Assembly: GCA_963771175.1 (NCBI GenBank)
Contig: CAVYSY010000026.1
Span: forward strand, 32,001-96,000
Source: an uncultured delta proteobacterium
GTDB lineage: Bacteria > Myxococcota > Myxococcia > Myxococcales > Myxococcaceae
Reading direction: 5' to 3'
DNA length: 64,000 nucleotides
Both the position numbers and the translations under genes were made by a program. How positions within the stretch are numbered: the first letter of the stretch is position 1; each line of letters starts with the position of its first letter. This document shows, piece by piece, positions 1-10,656 of this stretch. The notes below the pieces were generated by a model, which worked only from the letters and a program-made list of their open reading frames with translations, was not told where the DNA came from and did not search any database.

Positions 1-601
1 AGGGCGCCTGCAGCACGCCCCGGTTCGAGCCCCCCGTGCTGGCGATGAGCTTCTGGTGGACGGCGTACGCCAGACGCGAGGAGTCCTGGTGCGCCTCGGT
101 GCGCGCGAGATCCTGGAGGATGAAGGCCAGCGTGGAATCGCCTCTCGCTTCCCGCGCCGTCGGGGCCTCTGCGTTCTCACGGTCCGCGGCGGCTCGCGCC
201 AGGTCGTTGGAGGCACTGGCCGAGAGGAAGTACGTCTCGATGCCCTGAACGCGCGCGCGCGTGCGCTTCGTGGGCATCGCGTTGCAGTGGATGGACAGGA
301 AGAGGTCCGGCCGCTGCTTGTTGGCGAACGACACCCGCTCGGGCAGGGGCAGCGACTGGTCCTCGTCCCGGGTCATCAGCACCTGCGCGCCCAGCTCCTT
401 CTCCAGGTGCTCCCGCACCCGGTGGGCAATCTGGAGCGACACCTCCTTCTCGAGGAGTCCCGTGGGGCTCGTCGCGCCCTCCTGGGCCCCCCCGTGGCCC
501 GGGTCCACCACGATGCGAGGAGGTCGCTCGGCCGCGAGAGACGACCTGGCCGGGCAGAGAAGAACGAGCACGCTGCTGAGAACAAGGAAGCGGAACGTCA
601 T
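1..601 (-). CDS. N-acetylmuramoyl-L-alanine amidase (Amidase_3), 3' end outside window
   Basis: Not in the ORF track because it runs off the edge. Manual translation from ATG 601: MTFRFLVLSSVLVLLCPARSSLAAERPPRIVVDPGHGG...EKEVSL...LMTRDED...DLFLSIHCNA...GIETYF; signal peptide plus DPGHGG/EK/SIHxNA amidase motifs. Confidence 0.92.
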   Translation of the reverse strand, partial: MTFRFLVLSSVLVLLCPARSSLAAERPPRIVVDPGHGGAQEGATSPTGLLEKEVSLQIAHRVREHLEKELGAQVLMTRDEDQSLPLPERVSFANKQRPDLFLSIHCNAMPTKRTRARVQGIETYFLSASASNDLARAAADRENAEAPTAREARGDSTLAFILQDLARTEAHQDSSRLAYAVHQKLIASTGGSNRGVLQAP

Positions 602-669
602 GCCAGCGCGGATCGTAGAGGGCCGCACGGCCGACCGCCAGCGGCCGACCGCACGGAGCTGTCCGGCCC

Positions 670-1887
670 TCATCGCACCTGGAGCAGGAGCCCGGTCAGG
701 CCCGCCCCGGCGATGACCAGCGGTACGAGGAATTTCGAGTTCCACCGGAAGAGCACCCCGAGGGCCACGGCGAAGATGGCCACCGTGGGGAGGCCGGTGA
801 GTCCGGCGCGCAGCAGACCCACCGTGGTCGCGGCGATGAGTCCCACCACGCCCGCCGTCACCCCGTCGAGGAAGAACCGGAAGCGCGGGTGGTGCAGCAC
901 CCGTTCGAAGAAGTCGTGGCCGAGCAGCGAGAAGGCGAAGGCCGGGAAGAAGATGCCCGCCGTCAGCACCAGCGCCCCGGGCAGCCCCCCGCCCAGGTAG
1001 CCCACGAAGGTGGAGAAGATGATGAGCGGCGCGGGAATGAGCCCCGAGAGCGCGAGCCCATCGAGGAACTGCGCGTTGGTCATCCACGCGCCCGTCACCA
1101 CCGCGTCCCGCTGGATGAAGGGAATGGCGGTATAGGCCCCGCCGAAGGTGAGCAGCCCGCCGCGCAGGCCCGACACCAGCAGGGTCAGGAGCGAGGGGCG
1201 TTCCTGGGCGACGCCCTGCCCCACCTCCGCGCCTCCCGCCCCCATGGGAGCGAAGCCGTGGAGGACCAGGAGGACGACCGCGGCCACCGCGCCAGCCCCG
1301 ATGAGCGCCATGGCGGGCAGCCGCAGACCCTTCTTCGCCAGCATGACGATGAGGCCCGCGGCCACGAGCGAGAAGCCGAAGTGCACCCCCGCCCCCTGCG
1401 CGAGCGCGGCGAGCACGGCCACCGCCCACAACCAGCGGTCCAAAAGGATGTGCTGCCCGATGCGCACCACCGCGCGGACGATGAGCGCCGCCACCGCCGA
1501 CTGGACGGCACCGAACACGGCCACCCACCGTGGCGAGCCCAGACCGTAACGGAGGTAGAGCCACGAGAGGCCGAGCATCAGGACGAAGCCCGGCAGCATG
1601 AACCCGAGCCCCGCCAGCAGGCCGCCCACCCGGCCGCGCGAGAGCATCCCGAAGTAGACGCACAACTCGTGCGCCTCGGGGCCCGGCAGCACCTGGTACA
1701 CCGCGAGCGCCCGGTTGAAGTGCTCGCGCGTCACCCACTTCTCCTTCTCGACCAGGTCGTGGCGGATCATCGCGATCTGCGCCACCGGCCCTCCCCAGGC
1801 GAGCAAGCCGAAGTGGAGGAAGCGCAGGAAGAGACGCCCCAGCGGCTCGCGGGGGACCGCCACCTGCTCGCCACTCTCCGCCGCCAC
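670..1887 (-). CDS. chrA: Chromate efflux transporter (long-chain CHR family)
   Basis: Two homologous halves with GLLAWGG/GLLTFGG and PGP/PAP motifs (QVLPGPEAHEL; SGLIPAPL). Probable GTG start at 1887 after GGAGAGG. Confidence 0.9.
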   Translation of the reverse strand: MAAESGEQVAVPREPLGRLFLRFLHFGLLAWGGPVAQIAMIRHDLVEKEKWVTREHFNRALAVYQVLPGPEAHELCVYFGMLSRGRVGGLLAGLGFMLPGFVLMLGLSWLYLRYGLGSPRWVAVFGAVQSAVAALIVRAVVRIGQHILLDRWLWAVAVLAALAQGAGVHFGFSLVAAGLIVMLAKKGLRLPAMALIGAGAVAAVVLLVLHGFAPMGAGGAEVGQGVAQERPSLLTLLVSGLRGGLLTFGGAYTAIPFIQRDAVVTGAWMTNAQFLDGLALSGLIPAPLIIFSTFVGYLGGGLPGALVLTAGIFFPAFAFSLLGHDFFERVLHHPRFRFFLDGVTAGVVGLIAATTVGLLRAGLTGLPTVAIFAVALGVLFRWNSKFLVPLVIAGAGLTGLLLQVR

Positions 1888-2016
1888 ACTGCCCTCTCCG
1901 TTCGTCGTCGAGCCCGTCACGGAGGGGACGCAAACACCCGGAGACGTGCCCGGTCCAGCATTTCCGGGCTCCAAATCAACGTGCAGCGCACGGAGGGTCC
2001 GTACTTGGACCTCCCC

Positions 2017-5000
2017 TCAACCGCCCGCGGGCGCCTTCTCGGGTGGCCGGCCGAAGAGCCGGAAGAGCACCGGCACCACCAGCATGTTGAGGAAGGTGGA
2101 GGAGAGCAGCCCGCCCGAGGATGACCACGCCCATGGGCGCCTGGATCTCGTTGCCCGGCTCGTCGCCCGGCGAGCACCAGCGGCACCAGCGCCAGCCCCG
2201 CGCGACAGCGCCGTCATCAGGATGGGCGCGAGCCGCTCCAGCGAGCCCTGCACCACCGCCTCGGGCAGGCTCTTCCCCTCCTGCGCCATCAGGTGCTCGA
2301 AGTGGCTCACCATCATGATGCCGTTGCGCGTGGCGATGCCGAACAGGGTGATGAAGCCCACCAGCGAGGCGACGCTCACCACGCCCGAGGTGAGCGCCAC
2401 CGCCAGCACGCCGCCGATGAGCGCCAGCGGCAGGTTGATGAGCGTGAGCAGCGCGTTGCGCACCGAGCCGAAGGCCACCACCAGCAGCAGGAAGATGCCC
2501 ACCACCACCACCACGCGTGAGCAGCGCGATGGTGCGGGTGGCCTCCTCGGCGCTCTCGAACTGGCCGCCGTAGACGACGTAGTAGCCCTCGGGCAGCGGC
2601 ACCTCGCTGGCCGATGCGCGTCTTCAGGTCCTCCACCACCGCGGACAGGTCCCGCCCCGCCACGTTGGCCTGCACCACCATCTTGCGCTGCACGTCCTCG
2701 CGGCTGATGGTGTTGGGGCCCGTCTCGCGCGACGAGCGTCGCCAGCATCTTCAGCGGGATGCGCGGCCCCGCCGGCGTGTCGATGGGCGTGGACGCGATG
2801 CGCCTCCAGGTCCGCCCGCGAGGCGTCGTCCAGCCGCACCACCAGCTCCACCGTGCGCTGCCCCTCCAGCACCGTGCCCACCGTCTCCCCGGCGAAGGCG
2901 CGCTCCACCGCCTCGGCCACCTCGCCCGTGGTGAGCCCGTAGCGCGCCACCGCGTCCCGGTCCGTGCGGATCTCCAGCTCCGGGATGTCCACCTGCTGCT
3001 CGATGGCCACGTCCACCGCGCCCGGCGTCCCCTCGGCGACCTTCTTCACCTGCTCGGCCAGCGCGCGCAGCTTGTCCAGGTCGTCGCCGAAGAGCTTCAG
3101 CGCGATGTTGGCGCGCGTGCCCGACAGCATGTGGTCGATGCGGTGGCGAGAGCGGCTGGCCGATGGTGACCACCGCGCCCGGGCACCTGCGCCAGCGCCT
3201 GGCGCAGCGCCGCGAGCAGCTCCTCCTTGCTGCGCTCGCCCTTCGAGAAGTCCAGGCCGCACGTCGAGCTCCGCCGCGTTCACGTCCTGGGCGTGCTCGT
3301 CCAGCTCGGCGCGGCCCGTGCGTCGGGAGGTGGACGACCACCTCGGGGAAGGCGAGCAGCGCCTGCTCCACCCGCCGGCCCAGCCGGTCCGACTCCTCCA
3401 GCGAGGTGCCCGGCAGGGTGACGACGTTGAGGGTGAGCGTGCCCTCGTTGAACTCGGGCAGGAAGGAGCGCCCCAGGAACGGGACGACGCGCCAGCGCGC
3501 GCCACCAGCGCCAGCGCCGCGCCCGCCGAGCACCGCCCGCGGCCGCGCCAGCGCCCAGCCGCAGCAGCGGCTCGTAGCGCGCCTTCAGCCAGCGCAGCAG
3601 CCGGCCCCTCCTCCGCGCCCAGCGCCTTGGCCCGCGGCAGCAGGTACGCGCAGAGCGCCGGCGTCAGCGTCACCGCCACGAGCAGCGAGGCGGCGATGGC
3701 CACGATGTAGGCCAGCCCCAGCGGCGCGAGCATCCGCCCCTCCAGCCCCGACAGGAAGAAGAGCGGGAGGAAGACCAGGATGATGATGAGGGTGGCGAAG
3801 ACGATGGAGGTGCGCACCTCCACGCGAGGCCCGGTAGATGACCTCGAGTGGCCGGCAGGCGCTGGTCCTCCGGCAGGTGCGCGTTCTCCCTCAGGCGCCG
3901 GAAGACGTTCTCCACGTCGATGATGGCGTCGTCCACCAGCGCGCCGATGGCGATCGTCAGCCCGCCGATGGTCATCGTGTTGAGCGTGACGCCCGAACGC
4001 CTTGAGCACCAGCACCGCCACCACCAGCGACAGGGGGATGGCCGCCAGCGAGATGAGCGTGGCGCGCAGGTTCATCAGGAAGACGCAGCAGGATGATCGG
4101 CCACGAGGATGGCGCCGTCCCGCAGCGCCACCGACACGTTGCTCACCGCCACCGAGATGAAGTCCGACTGCCGGAAGATGTGCCGGTCGACCGTCAGCCC
4201 CTGCGGGCAGCGTGGGCTGGAGCTCGTCCAGCACCGCGTCCAGCCGCTGCGTGAGCTCCAGCGTGTTGGCGTCCGGCTGCTTCATCACCGCGAGGATGAC
4301 GGCCGGGCTCGCCGTTGGCGCTGCCCTCGCCGCGCTTGAGCTTGCGGCCCCACCCGCACGTCCGCCACCTGCCCCACCGTGATGGGCTGGCCCCCGCGCA
4401 CCGTCACCACCGTGTTGGCCAGGTCCTCCACGCTCCGCGCGCGCCCCACCGCGCGCAGCAGGTACTCCTGGCCCCCCTCCACGTAGAAGCCGCCCGAGGC
4501 GTTCTGGTTCGTCGTCCGCAGCGCGTGCGCCACCTGCTCGAAGCTGACGTCGAGCGCCTGCAGCGCCTCGGGCCGCAGCAGCACCTGGTACTGCTTCACG
4601 CCGCCGCCGATGGGCACCACCTGGGAGACGCCCGGCACGGACAGCAGCCGCTTGCGCAGCACCCAGTCCGCCACGCCGCGCGCCTCCATCATCTGCGCCT
4701 CGCGGCCCGCCGCGTCCGGCGCCAGCGCGCTTCGGTCCCAGGCGACGGAGAGGAAGAGGATCTCCCCCATCACCGAGGAGATGGGCGCCATCGTCGGCGG
4801 CGGCACGTCCGGCGGGAGCTGCGCGGCCACCAGCTGCAGCTTCTCGTTCACGACCTGCCGGGCGACGTAGATGTCCGTGCCCCAGTCGAACTCCACCCAG
4901 ACGATGGAGATGCCCACGCCCGAGGCCGAGCGCACCCGGCGCACGCCGGTGGCGCCGTTCACCGCCGTCTCGATGGGGAAGGTGACGAGCGTCTCCACCT

Positions 5001-5175
5001 CCTCGGGCGCCAGCCCGTGCGCCTCGGTGAGGACGGTGACGGTGGGCGCGGTGAGGTCCGGGAAGACGTCCACCGGCATCTGCCGCGCGGTGTCCAGCCC
5101 GAGCACGAGCAGCAGGAGCGAGGCGGCGACGACCAGCAGTCGGTTGTCGATGGACCAGCGAATGAGGCGGTTCAT
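2017..5175 (-). CDS. czcA: CusA/CzcA-family heavy-metal efflux RND permease (multiple frameshifts)
   Basis: Fragments in several frames join up: [12 protein letters not shown]...PVDVFPDL...[70 protein letters not shown]. Confidence 0.9.
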
Positions 5176-5193
5176 GCGTGCGTTCCCCCGCCC

Positions 5194-6828
5194 TCAGTGC
5201 GTGTGGCCGTGCTCGGGGATGGCGCCCGTCGCGGTGGACAGCTTGATCTCGTAGGCGCCGCGCGAGACGACGCGCTCGCCCTCCTTCACGCCCTCCAGCA
5301 CCTGCACGTAGCCTCCGGAGCGCACGCCCGTGCGCACGGCCCGCTTGAAGAAGGACTCGCCCCCCTCCATGACGAAGACGGTGGGCTTGCCGTTGTCGTC
5401 CACGAGGGCGGACTCGGGAATGGCCACCCCGCGCACCGTCTCGCCCGGTGAAGAGCGTCACCTTGGCGAACATCCCCGGCTTGAGCGCGCCGTCGGGGTT
5501 GGGCAGCTCGAAGATGACCGGCACGGTGCGCGTGGCCCGGTCCACCACCGCGCCCACCGCGACCCGCCGGCCGCGTCTTCTCGTCCACCGATGAACTCCT
5601 GCTCGAAGCCGGCCACCGTGAAGCTCGCCCCCGGCGAGCGCTCGCACCCGCGGCGCGTCCGCCTCGTACACCTGCGCCTCCAGCCACAGCCGCTCGGCGT
5701 TGACGACCGAGACGAGCCGCGCGCCCGCCTCCACCACCGCGCCCGGGCATCACGTCCGCGAAGGACACCACGCCGTCCACGGGCGAGCGCAGCTCGAAGG
5801 CCGCCCCGCCGCTGCCCTCGCCGCTCCACTCTGGGTGCCGCGGTAGAGTCGCGCGCTGGCGCTCGGCCGCCGACACCCGCGCCGCCGCCACCTCGCGGGC
5901 CACCCGCGCCTCGTCGAGCTGCTTCTCGGGAATGGCCTCGCGCCGCGAGCAGCTCCTCGGCCCGCTTGACCTCGCGCTCGGCCAGCCCCAGCTCGGCCCG
6001 GGCCCGGCTCACCTCCAGCTCCACCGAGGCCAGGTCCGTGCCGCTGCCACCGGTGGTGGGCGACCAGCCGCACGAGCACCTCGCCCTTCTTCACCGGCTG
6101 GCCCAGGTACGGCACCGGGCCCGCCCACGGGGATGCGCCCGGCCACCGGCGCGGACAGCTCCGCGGCCTGCCCGGCCACCGGCTTGAGCTCACCGTTGGC
6201 GCGCGACGCCGCCCTGCAGCACGCGCACCTCGGCCGGCGCCGTCGCGTACCGCGTCTTCCACTGCTGCTCCTTGAGGAAGGGAACGGTGGCCTCGCCCCC
6301 CTCCTCCGGCGGTGCCGCGGCAATGGCCGCCTCCATCGTGGGGTACACGGTGCACCTTGCCCGCCTCCACCGTGCCCGACGACCTGCTCGCCCTCCAGCA
6401 CCAGCGTGAGCGTGGCCTCGCCCGCCCGCGTGGGCGTCACCACCGGCTTGAAGATGCCGTCGCGCAGCAGCTTGTCCGCCACGAAGCGCTCCTCCGTGCC
6501 GTCCGCGTGGCGCAGCGTCGCGGTGACCCGGCCCTTCGTCACCACCTGGAAGCCCTCCGGGTTGCCGCGCATCGGTGAAGTGCGCCACCAGCGGCGAGGG
6601 CTGCCCCACCACGAGCGCGGGGTACTCCATGAAGAGCTCCAGCCCGCTCTGGTAGACGGTGACGGACAGGCCCGGGCGCTCCGGCTCCGCGGAGGCCGAG
6701 CCCCCGTGCTCGTGGCCCTGTTCCTGGCCGTGCGAGTGCGCGCCCTCGCCCTCGTGGGAGGACCCGCGCTGCTTGCAGGCGCCCAGGAGGCACGCGAGGA
6801 CGAGAAGGGAGAGGCAGGAACGGTTCAT
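5194..6828 (-). CDS. czcB: RND efflux periplasmic adaptor (CzcB-like lipoprotein; frameshifted)
   Basis: Lipobox LLGAC, His-rich N-terminus (HEGEGAHSHGQEQGHEH), MFP motifs VDRATRTVPVIFE, LKPGMFA, GERVVSRGAY, C-terminal EHGHTH. Confidence 0.87.
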
Positions 6829-8105
6829 CGTGGGGTGCTCCGCGGCTCGACGCCCACCGGGGCGCCCGCGAGAAGAAGGAGATCCGCTTCCGCCTCGATG
6901 GCGGCGACGGAGAGTTCGACGGCCGCCAGCCGCGCCTCACGGGAGGCACGCTCGGCATCCACCAGATCGAGCAGGTCCGCGTTCCCCCCCCGGTAGGCGG
7001 CCTCGGCGACACGGCGCAGTTCCTCGGTGCGCTCGAGCACGGTGGCACGGTGACGTGCCAGTCGCTCCCTGCGTCCCGTCACCTCGTCGTAGGCGGCGGC
7101 GAGGTGGATGCGCGCGGAGTGCAGGAGGGCGGCGCGTCGTGACTCGGCGAGCACGCGGCGCGCCTCCGCCCGGGCCGCCTCGCCCTGACCGTGCTGGAAG
7201 ATGGGCAGGGGCAGCGCGAGCCCCACCACGTAGCCCGCCGCGTCCCGCTGGCCCACATCGATGAGCTTCGCGCCCGCGTTGACGGTGGGCTCGGGAATCC
7301 AGCTCCGCGCCGCCGCCCGGCGGGCCAGCTCCGCGCTCCGCGCCTCCAGCTCCAACGCCCGAACATCCGGCCTGGCTTCGAGCGCAGACAGCACCTCCTC
7401 CCGAGGAGGCAGCGGTCGCTCCGCCCTCGAAGCCCCCTGGAGCGACGGCAGCGGCCCGGAGCCCGGCGGGAGCAGGCGCAGCGCCTCGGCCTTCTGCTTC
7501 CGCTCGTCCAGCGCCGCGCCGAGCAGCAGATCCTCCACCGTCGCCGCCTCGATGGAGACGCGCAAATGATGGTACCCCGCGACCTCGCCCGCCTTCTCCC
7601 GGGCCGCGATGGCCGACTCCAGGCGCCGCAGGGCCGAGAGCGAATCCTCGAGGATGGCCCGGCGAGCCTGGGCCCCGAGCGCCGACGAGAAAGCCCGCGT
7701 CGCCTCGTTCCACAGCTTCAGGCGGGCGAAGTCCCGGCGCGCCTCGGCGGCCCGTGCCCCCTGCCCGGCGGACTCCGCCGCCAGCCGCAGCCGACCGGAG
7801 AGCACCAGCGGCATCGCGGCCGTCACGATGTCCTGCGTCTCTCTCTCGCCACCTTCGAGGCCAACAGTCTCGCGCTGCCACTCGAGGACGGGGTTGGACC
7901 AACGTCCGACCCCCACGGCTTCGGCCCGGCCCAGCGCGGCCTCCCCCTCGGCCACCCGCGCGTCGAGGCCCGCGGCGAGCACCCGCTCCACATACTCCTG
8001 CTCGGTGAGCGCGGGCTGCGCGGAAGCCCCGACGGAGGCCAGCAGCAGGAGGCAGGTACTACTACTGATAGTAGCCAGCGACAGGAGCCGTCCCGGAGCG
8101 CGCAC
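6825..8105 (-). CDS. czcC: TolC-family outer-membrane factor (CzcC-like)
   Basis: 426 aa with signal peptide, NPVLEW, LALPLPIF..GQG, AYRGG.ADLLDLVDA motifs; 4-nt overlap with the adaptor gene. Confidence 0.87.
   Translation of the reverse strand: MRAPGRLLSLATISSSTCLLLLASVGASAQPALTEQEYVERVLAAGLDARVAEGEAALGRAEAVGVGRWSNPVLEWQRETVGLEGGERETQDIVTAAMPLVLSGRLRLAAESAGQGARAAEARRDFARLKLWNEATRAFSSALGAQARRAILEDSLSALRRLESAIAAREKAGEVAGYHHLRVSIEAATVEDLLLGAALDERKQKAEALRLLPPGSGPLPSLQGASRAERPLPPREEVLSALEARPDVRALELEARSAELARRAAARSWIPEPTVNAGAKLIDVGQRDAAGYVVGLALPLPIFQHGQGEAARAEARRVLAESRRAALLHSARIHLAAAYDEVTGRRERLARHRATVLERTEELRRVAEAAYRGGNADLLDLVDAERASREARLAAVELSVAAIEAEADLLLLAGAPVGVEPRSTPR
8056..8074. promoter_or_regulatory. 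Second BlaI-type operator, inside the 5' end of czcC
   Basis: Minus strand CTACTAT-CAGTA-GTAGTAC matches the 7-5-7 palindrome at 9525-9543; conspicuously AT-rich in GC-rich coding DNA. Confidence 0.65.
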
Positions 8106-8119
8106 GAGGGAGCCTCGGT

Positions 8120-9112
8120 TCAGAAGAGTTGGTGGAGGAACGTCTCCACCACATGGTGGAGGAAGTCGGCATGAGCGAGTGCCAGGAAGAGCCCCGCGGC
8201 CCCCGTAATACCGGTGACCACCAGGGCGCGCGCGGAGGCCGAGGCCCGTCCGCCCCCCTCGAGCAGGAGCCGGACGCGGCGCTCCAGGGCCAGCTCGCCA
8301 AAAGCCGGTGCGCCCCCGGTCACATGCACCGCCCGCTGCCGCAGGCGCGCGACCTTGACCAGGGCCTCGGCCACGAGGCCCCCATCCCCCACCCGGCGCG
8401 CGGCCACCGCGTCACAGGCCTCCTCCGCGGCCACCCTCCAGGTCTCGAGGAGGTAGCGGGCCAGGAAGGGCGGCCCCCACAGCCCGGCCACCGCGAGCAG
8501 CATCCCAGCCAGCGGATCCCTCCGGTGGAGGTGGGCCGCCTCGTGAGCCAGGGCCGAGCGCAGCTCCCGCGGGGAGAGCGCCTCGGACAGGCTGGCCGAC
8601 AGGAGGATGCGCCGGCGCAGGAGTCCGGTGGCGTGACACAGGTTCGGCGCGCCGGGGAGGACGATGATGGGGAACTCGCCCGGACGCCGGGTGCCGAGCC
8701 GCTCCAGGGCGGACAGCCGCGCGCCCAGCGTCGCGGAGCTCCAGGCGAGCGCACCCGCCCGGTAGAGGAACAGGGCGAGCCAGACCGCGCCCACCATGGC
8801 CAGCACGGGACGCGGAGCGCCGGCATGCACCACGCACAGGTGGAGGTGTTGCCCATGATGGAAGCAGTGGTCCTCCGCCAGTCCGAGCACTCCGGCGACA
8901 GAGGGAGCCGCCGTGGCGACCAGCACCGCCAGGGAGATGCCCGAGGGCAACATTCCGAGCAGGAAGGTCAGGTCCGCCCGCAGCGCCGGGGAGAGCCTCG
9001 GGACCAGGCTCATCGAGGAGCGGGCGACGAGCACCGTGAGGAGCGAGACCCCTGTCGAGACGAGGGCCCCCACCGCGACCCACTCCAGAAGGAAGGCGAG
9101 GAGGCTCATCAC
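8120..9112 (-). CDS. M56-family (BlaR1/MecR1-like) membrane metallopeptidase without a penicillin-binding sensor domain
   Basis: N-terminal TM helices, LAHEAAHLHRRD (HExxH), EEACDAVA; His/Cys loop DHCFHHGQHLHLCVVH; only 330 aa. Confidence 0.88.
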   Translation of the reverse strand: MMSLLAFLLEWVAVGALVSTGVSLLTVLVARSSMSLVPRLSPALRADLTFLLGMLPSGISLAVLVATAAPSVAGVLGLAEDHCFHHGQHLHLCVVHAGAPRPVLAMVGAVWLALFLYRAGALAWSSATLGARLSALERLGTRRPGEFPIIVLPGAPNLCHATGLLRRRILLSASLSEALSPRELRSALAHEAAHLHRRDPLAGMLLAVAGLWGPPFLARYLLETWRVAAEEACDAVAARRVGDGGLVAEALVKVARLRQRAVHVTGGAPAFGELALERRVRLLLEGGGRASASARALVVTGITGAAGLFLALAHADFLHHVVETFLHQLF

Positions 9113-9501
9113 CCGCGTCCCTTCCGCTGGGCGATGAGCTGGGCCAGCCGGTCGAGCAGCGACTCGTCGACCCGGGCCGCGGCGTCCACGAAGGCCGAGA
9201 GCGCGGCCTCCGTGTGCATCTGGAGGATCTCCTCGGCCAATCCGTCCGCGAGCGCCTTCTCGAACTCGGCCCGGCTCAGGGCGGGCGCATAGCGCCAGGC
9301 GACGCCATCCCGCTGGCGCACGAGCATCCCCTTGCGGTGGAGCCGGTCCATCGTGGTCATGATGGTGGTGTAGGCCCGCTCCTGGACGCCGGTCATCCGG
9401 TCACACACCTCGCGGGCCGTCACCGGAGCGCCCCGCTCCCAGACGACGTCCATCACGGCCGACTCCAGCGTGCCCAGCGGCTCCCACACCCGCTTAGTCA
9501 T
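9109..9501 (-). CDS. BlaI/MecI/CopY-family transcriptional repressor
   Basis: MTKRVWEPLGTLESAVMDVVW...AYTTIMTTMDRLHRKGML.R.R.G.AWRY; overlaps the M56 start by 4 nt. Confidence 0.92.
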   Translation of the reverse strand: MTKRVWEPLGTLESAVMDVVWERGAPVTAREVCDRMTGVQERAYTTIMTTMDRLHRKGMLVRQRDGVAWRYAPALSRAEFEKALADGLAEEILQMHTEAALSAFVDAAARVDESLLDRLAQLIAQRKGRG

Positions 9502-9524
9502 ACTGCAGGTGTACTGTCCGCGCC

Positions 9525-9543
9525 CTACTATCGTCAATAGTAG
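9525..9543. promoter_or_regulatory. BlaI-type operator overlapping the -35 of the repressor operon promoter
   Basis: Perfect inverted repeat CTACTAT-CGTCA-ATAGTAG. On the minus strand TTGACG(-35)-18 nt-TACACC(-10), with the ATG beginning about 7 nt later (possibly leaderless). Confidence 0.75.
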
Positions 9544-9578
9544 CGAGTCGGCCGTTGCCCTCGCGCGAGGAGTCCACC

Positions 9579-10653
9579 ATGGCCATGCCGGCGGAGGTGA
9601 AGGGAGCGTTGATGGGGTTGGGAGCCGCCACGCTCTTCGGATTGAGCGCACCGCTCTCCAAGCTCCTGCTGCCCACGAGCGGCCCACTGGTGCTCGCCTC
9701 GCTCCTCTACCTGGGAGGAGGGCTCGGCCTGTCCCTCTTCGGTCTCCTGGCGGGGCTGCTGCGAGGGGGAAGCAACCCGTGCGAGAGGCCCGCCTGCGTG
9801 GAGGGGACGTGCCGCTGCTGGCCGGGATCATCCTCTGTGGCGGCATCCTCGGCCCGGTGCTGATGCTGGTGGGGCTCGGCCGGCTGTCGGGGATGGCGGC
9901 CTCCCTGCTGCTCAACCTGGAGGGGCCCTTCACCATCCTCCTGGCGCTGTTCGTCTTCGGCGAGCACCTGGGGCGCTCGGCGGCCCTGGCGGCCGGCCTC
10001 GTCCTCACGGGAGCGATGGTGCTGGGCATCCAGGCAGGCGAGGTGCGCGGGGACGTGCTCGGCGTGCTCTCACTGGCCGGCGCGTGCCTGGCCTGGGCCG
10101 TGGACAACAACCTCACCCAGCGGCTCTCCCTGAAGGATCCGGTCGTCCCTCGTGCGGGTGAAGGGGCTCGGAGCCGGTACGTGTACGCTCGCTCCTCGCG
10201 CTCCTCACCGGCCAGCACTTCCCCGCCCTCCCGGTGCTGGCCGCGGCACTCGTGCTGGGGTGCGCGAGCTACGGGGTGAGCATCGTGCTCGACACGTATG
10301 CCCTGCGCTACCTGGGCGCGGCACGCGAGGCGGCGTACTTCGCCACCGCGCCCTTCATCGGAGCCCTGGCGGCCATTCCCCTGCTGCACGAGCGGCTCGG
10401 GTGGATGGAGTCACTGGCGGGCGGATTGATGATAGCGGGCGTCGTCCTGCTCCTGCGCGAGCGTCATGCCCACGTCCACACCCACGGAGTGATGGAGCAC
10501 GAGCACCTGCACGTCCACGACGCGCACCACCAGCACGCGCACGAGGGCCCGGTCGCCGAGCCCCACAGCCACCCGCACCGGCACGAGCCCCTCACGCACG
10601 AGCACTCGCACGTGTCGGACGCACACCACCGTCACGAGCACGGCGAGGAGTGA
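9579..10653 (+). CDS. DMT/EamA-family transporter with His-rich C-terminal tail (frameshifted)
   Basis: AATLFGLSAPLSKLLL, GGILGPVLMLVGL, ASLLLNLE, AWAVDNNLTQRLS, ALRYLGAAREAAYFATAPF; tail HAHVHTH...HEHLHVHDAHHQHAH...HHRHEH. Confidence 0.87.
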
Positions 10654-10656
10654 GCG

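Noticed and set aside
8120..9501. Beta-lactam resistance regulation (blaR1-blaI)
   Set aside because: No penicillin-binding sensor domain and no beta-lactamase nearby; neighbours are metal exporters.
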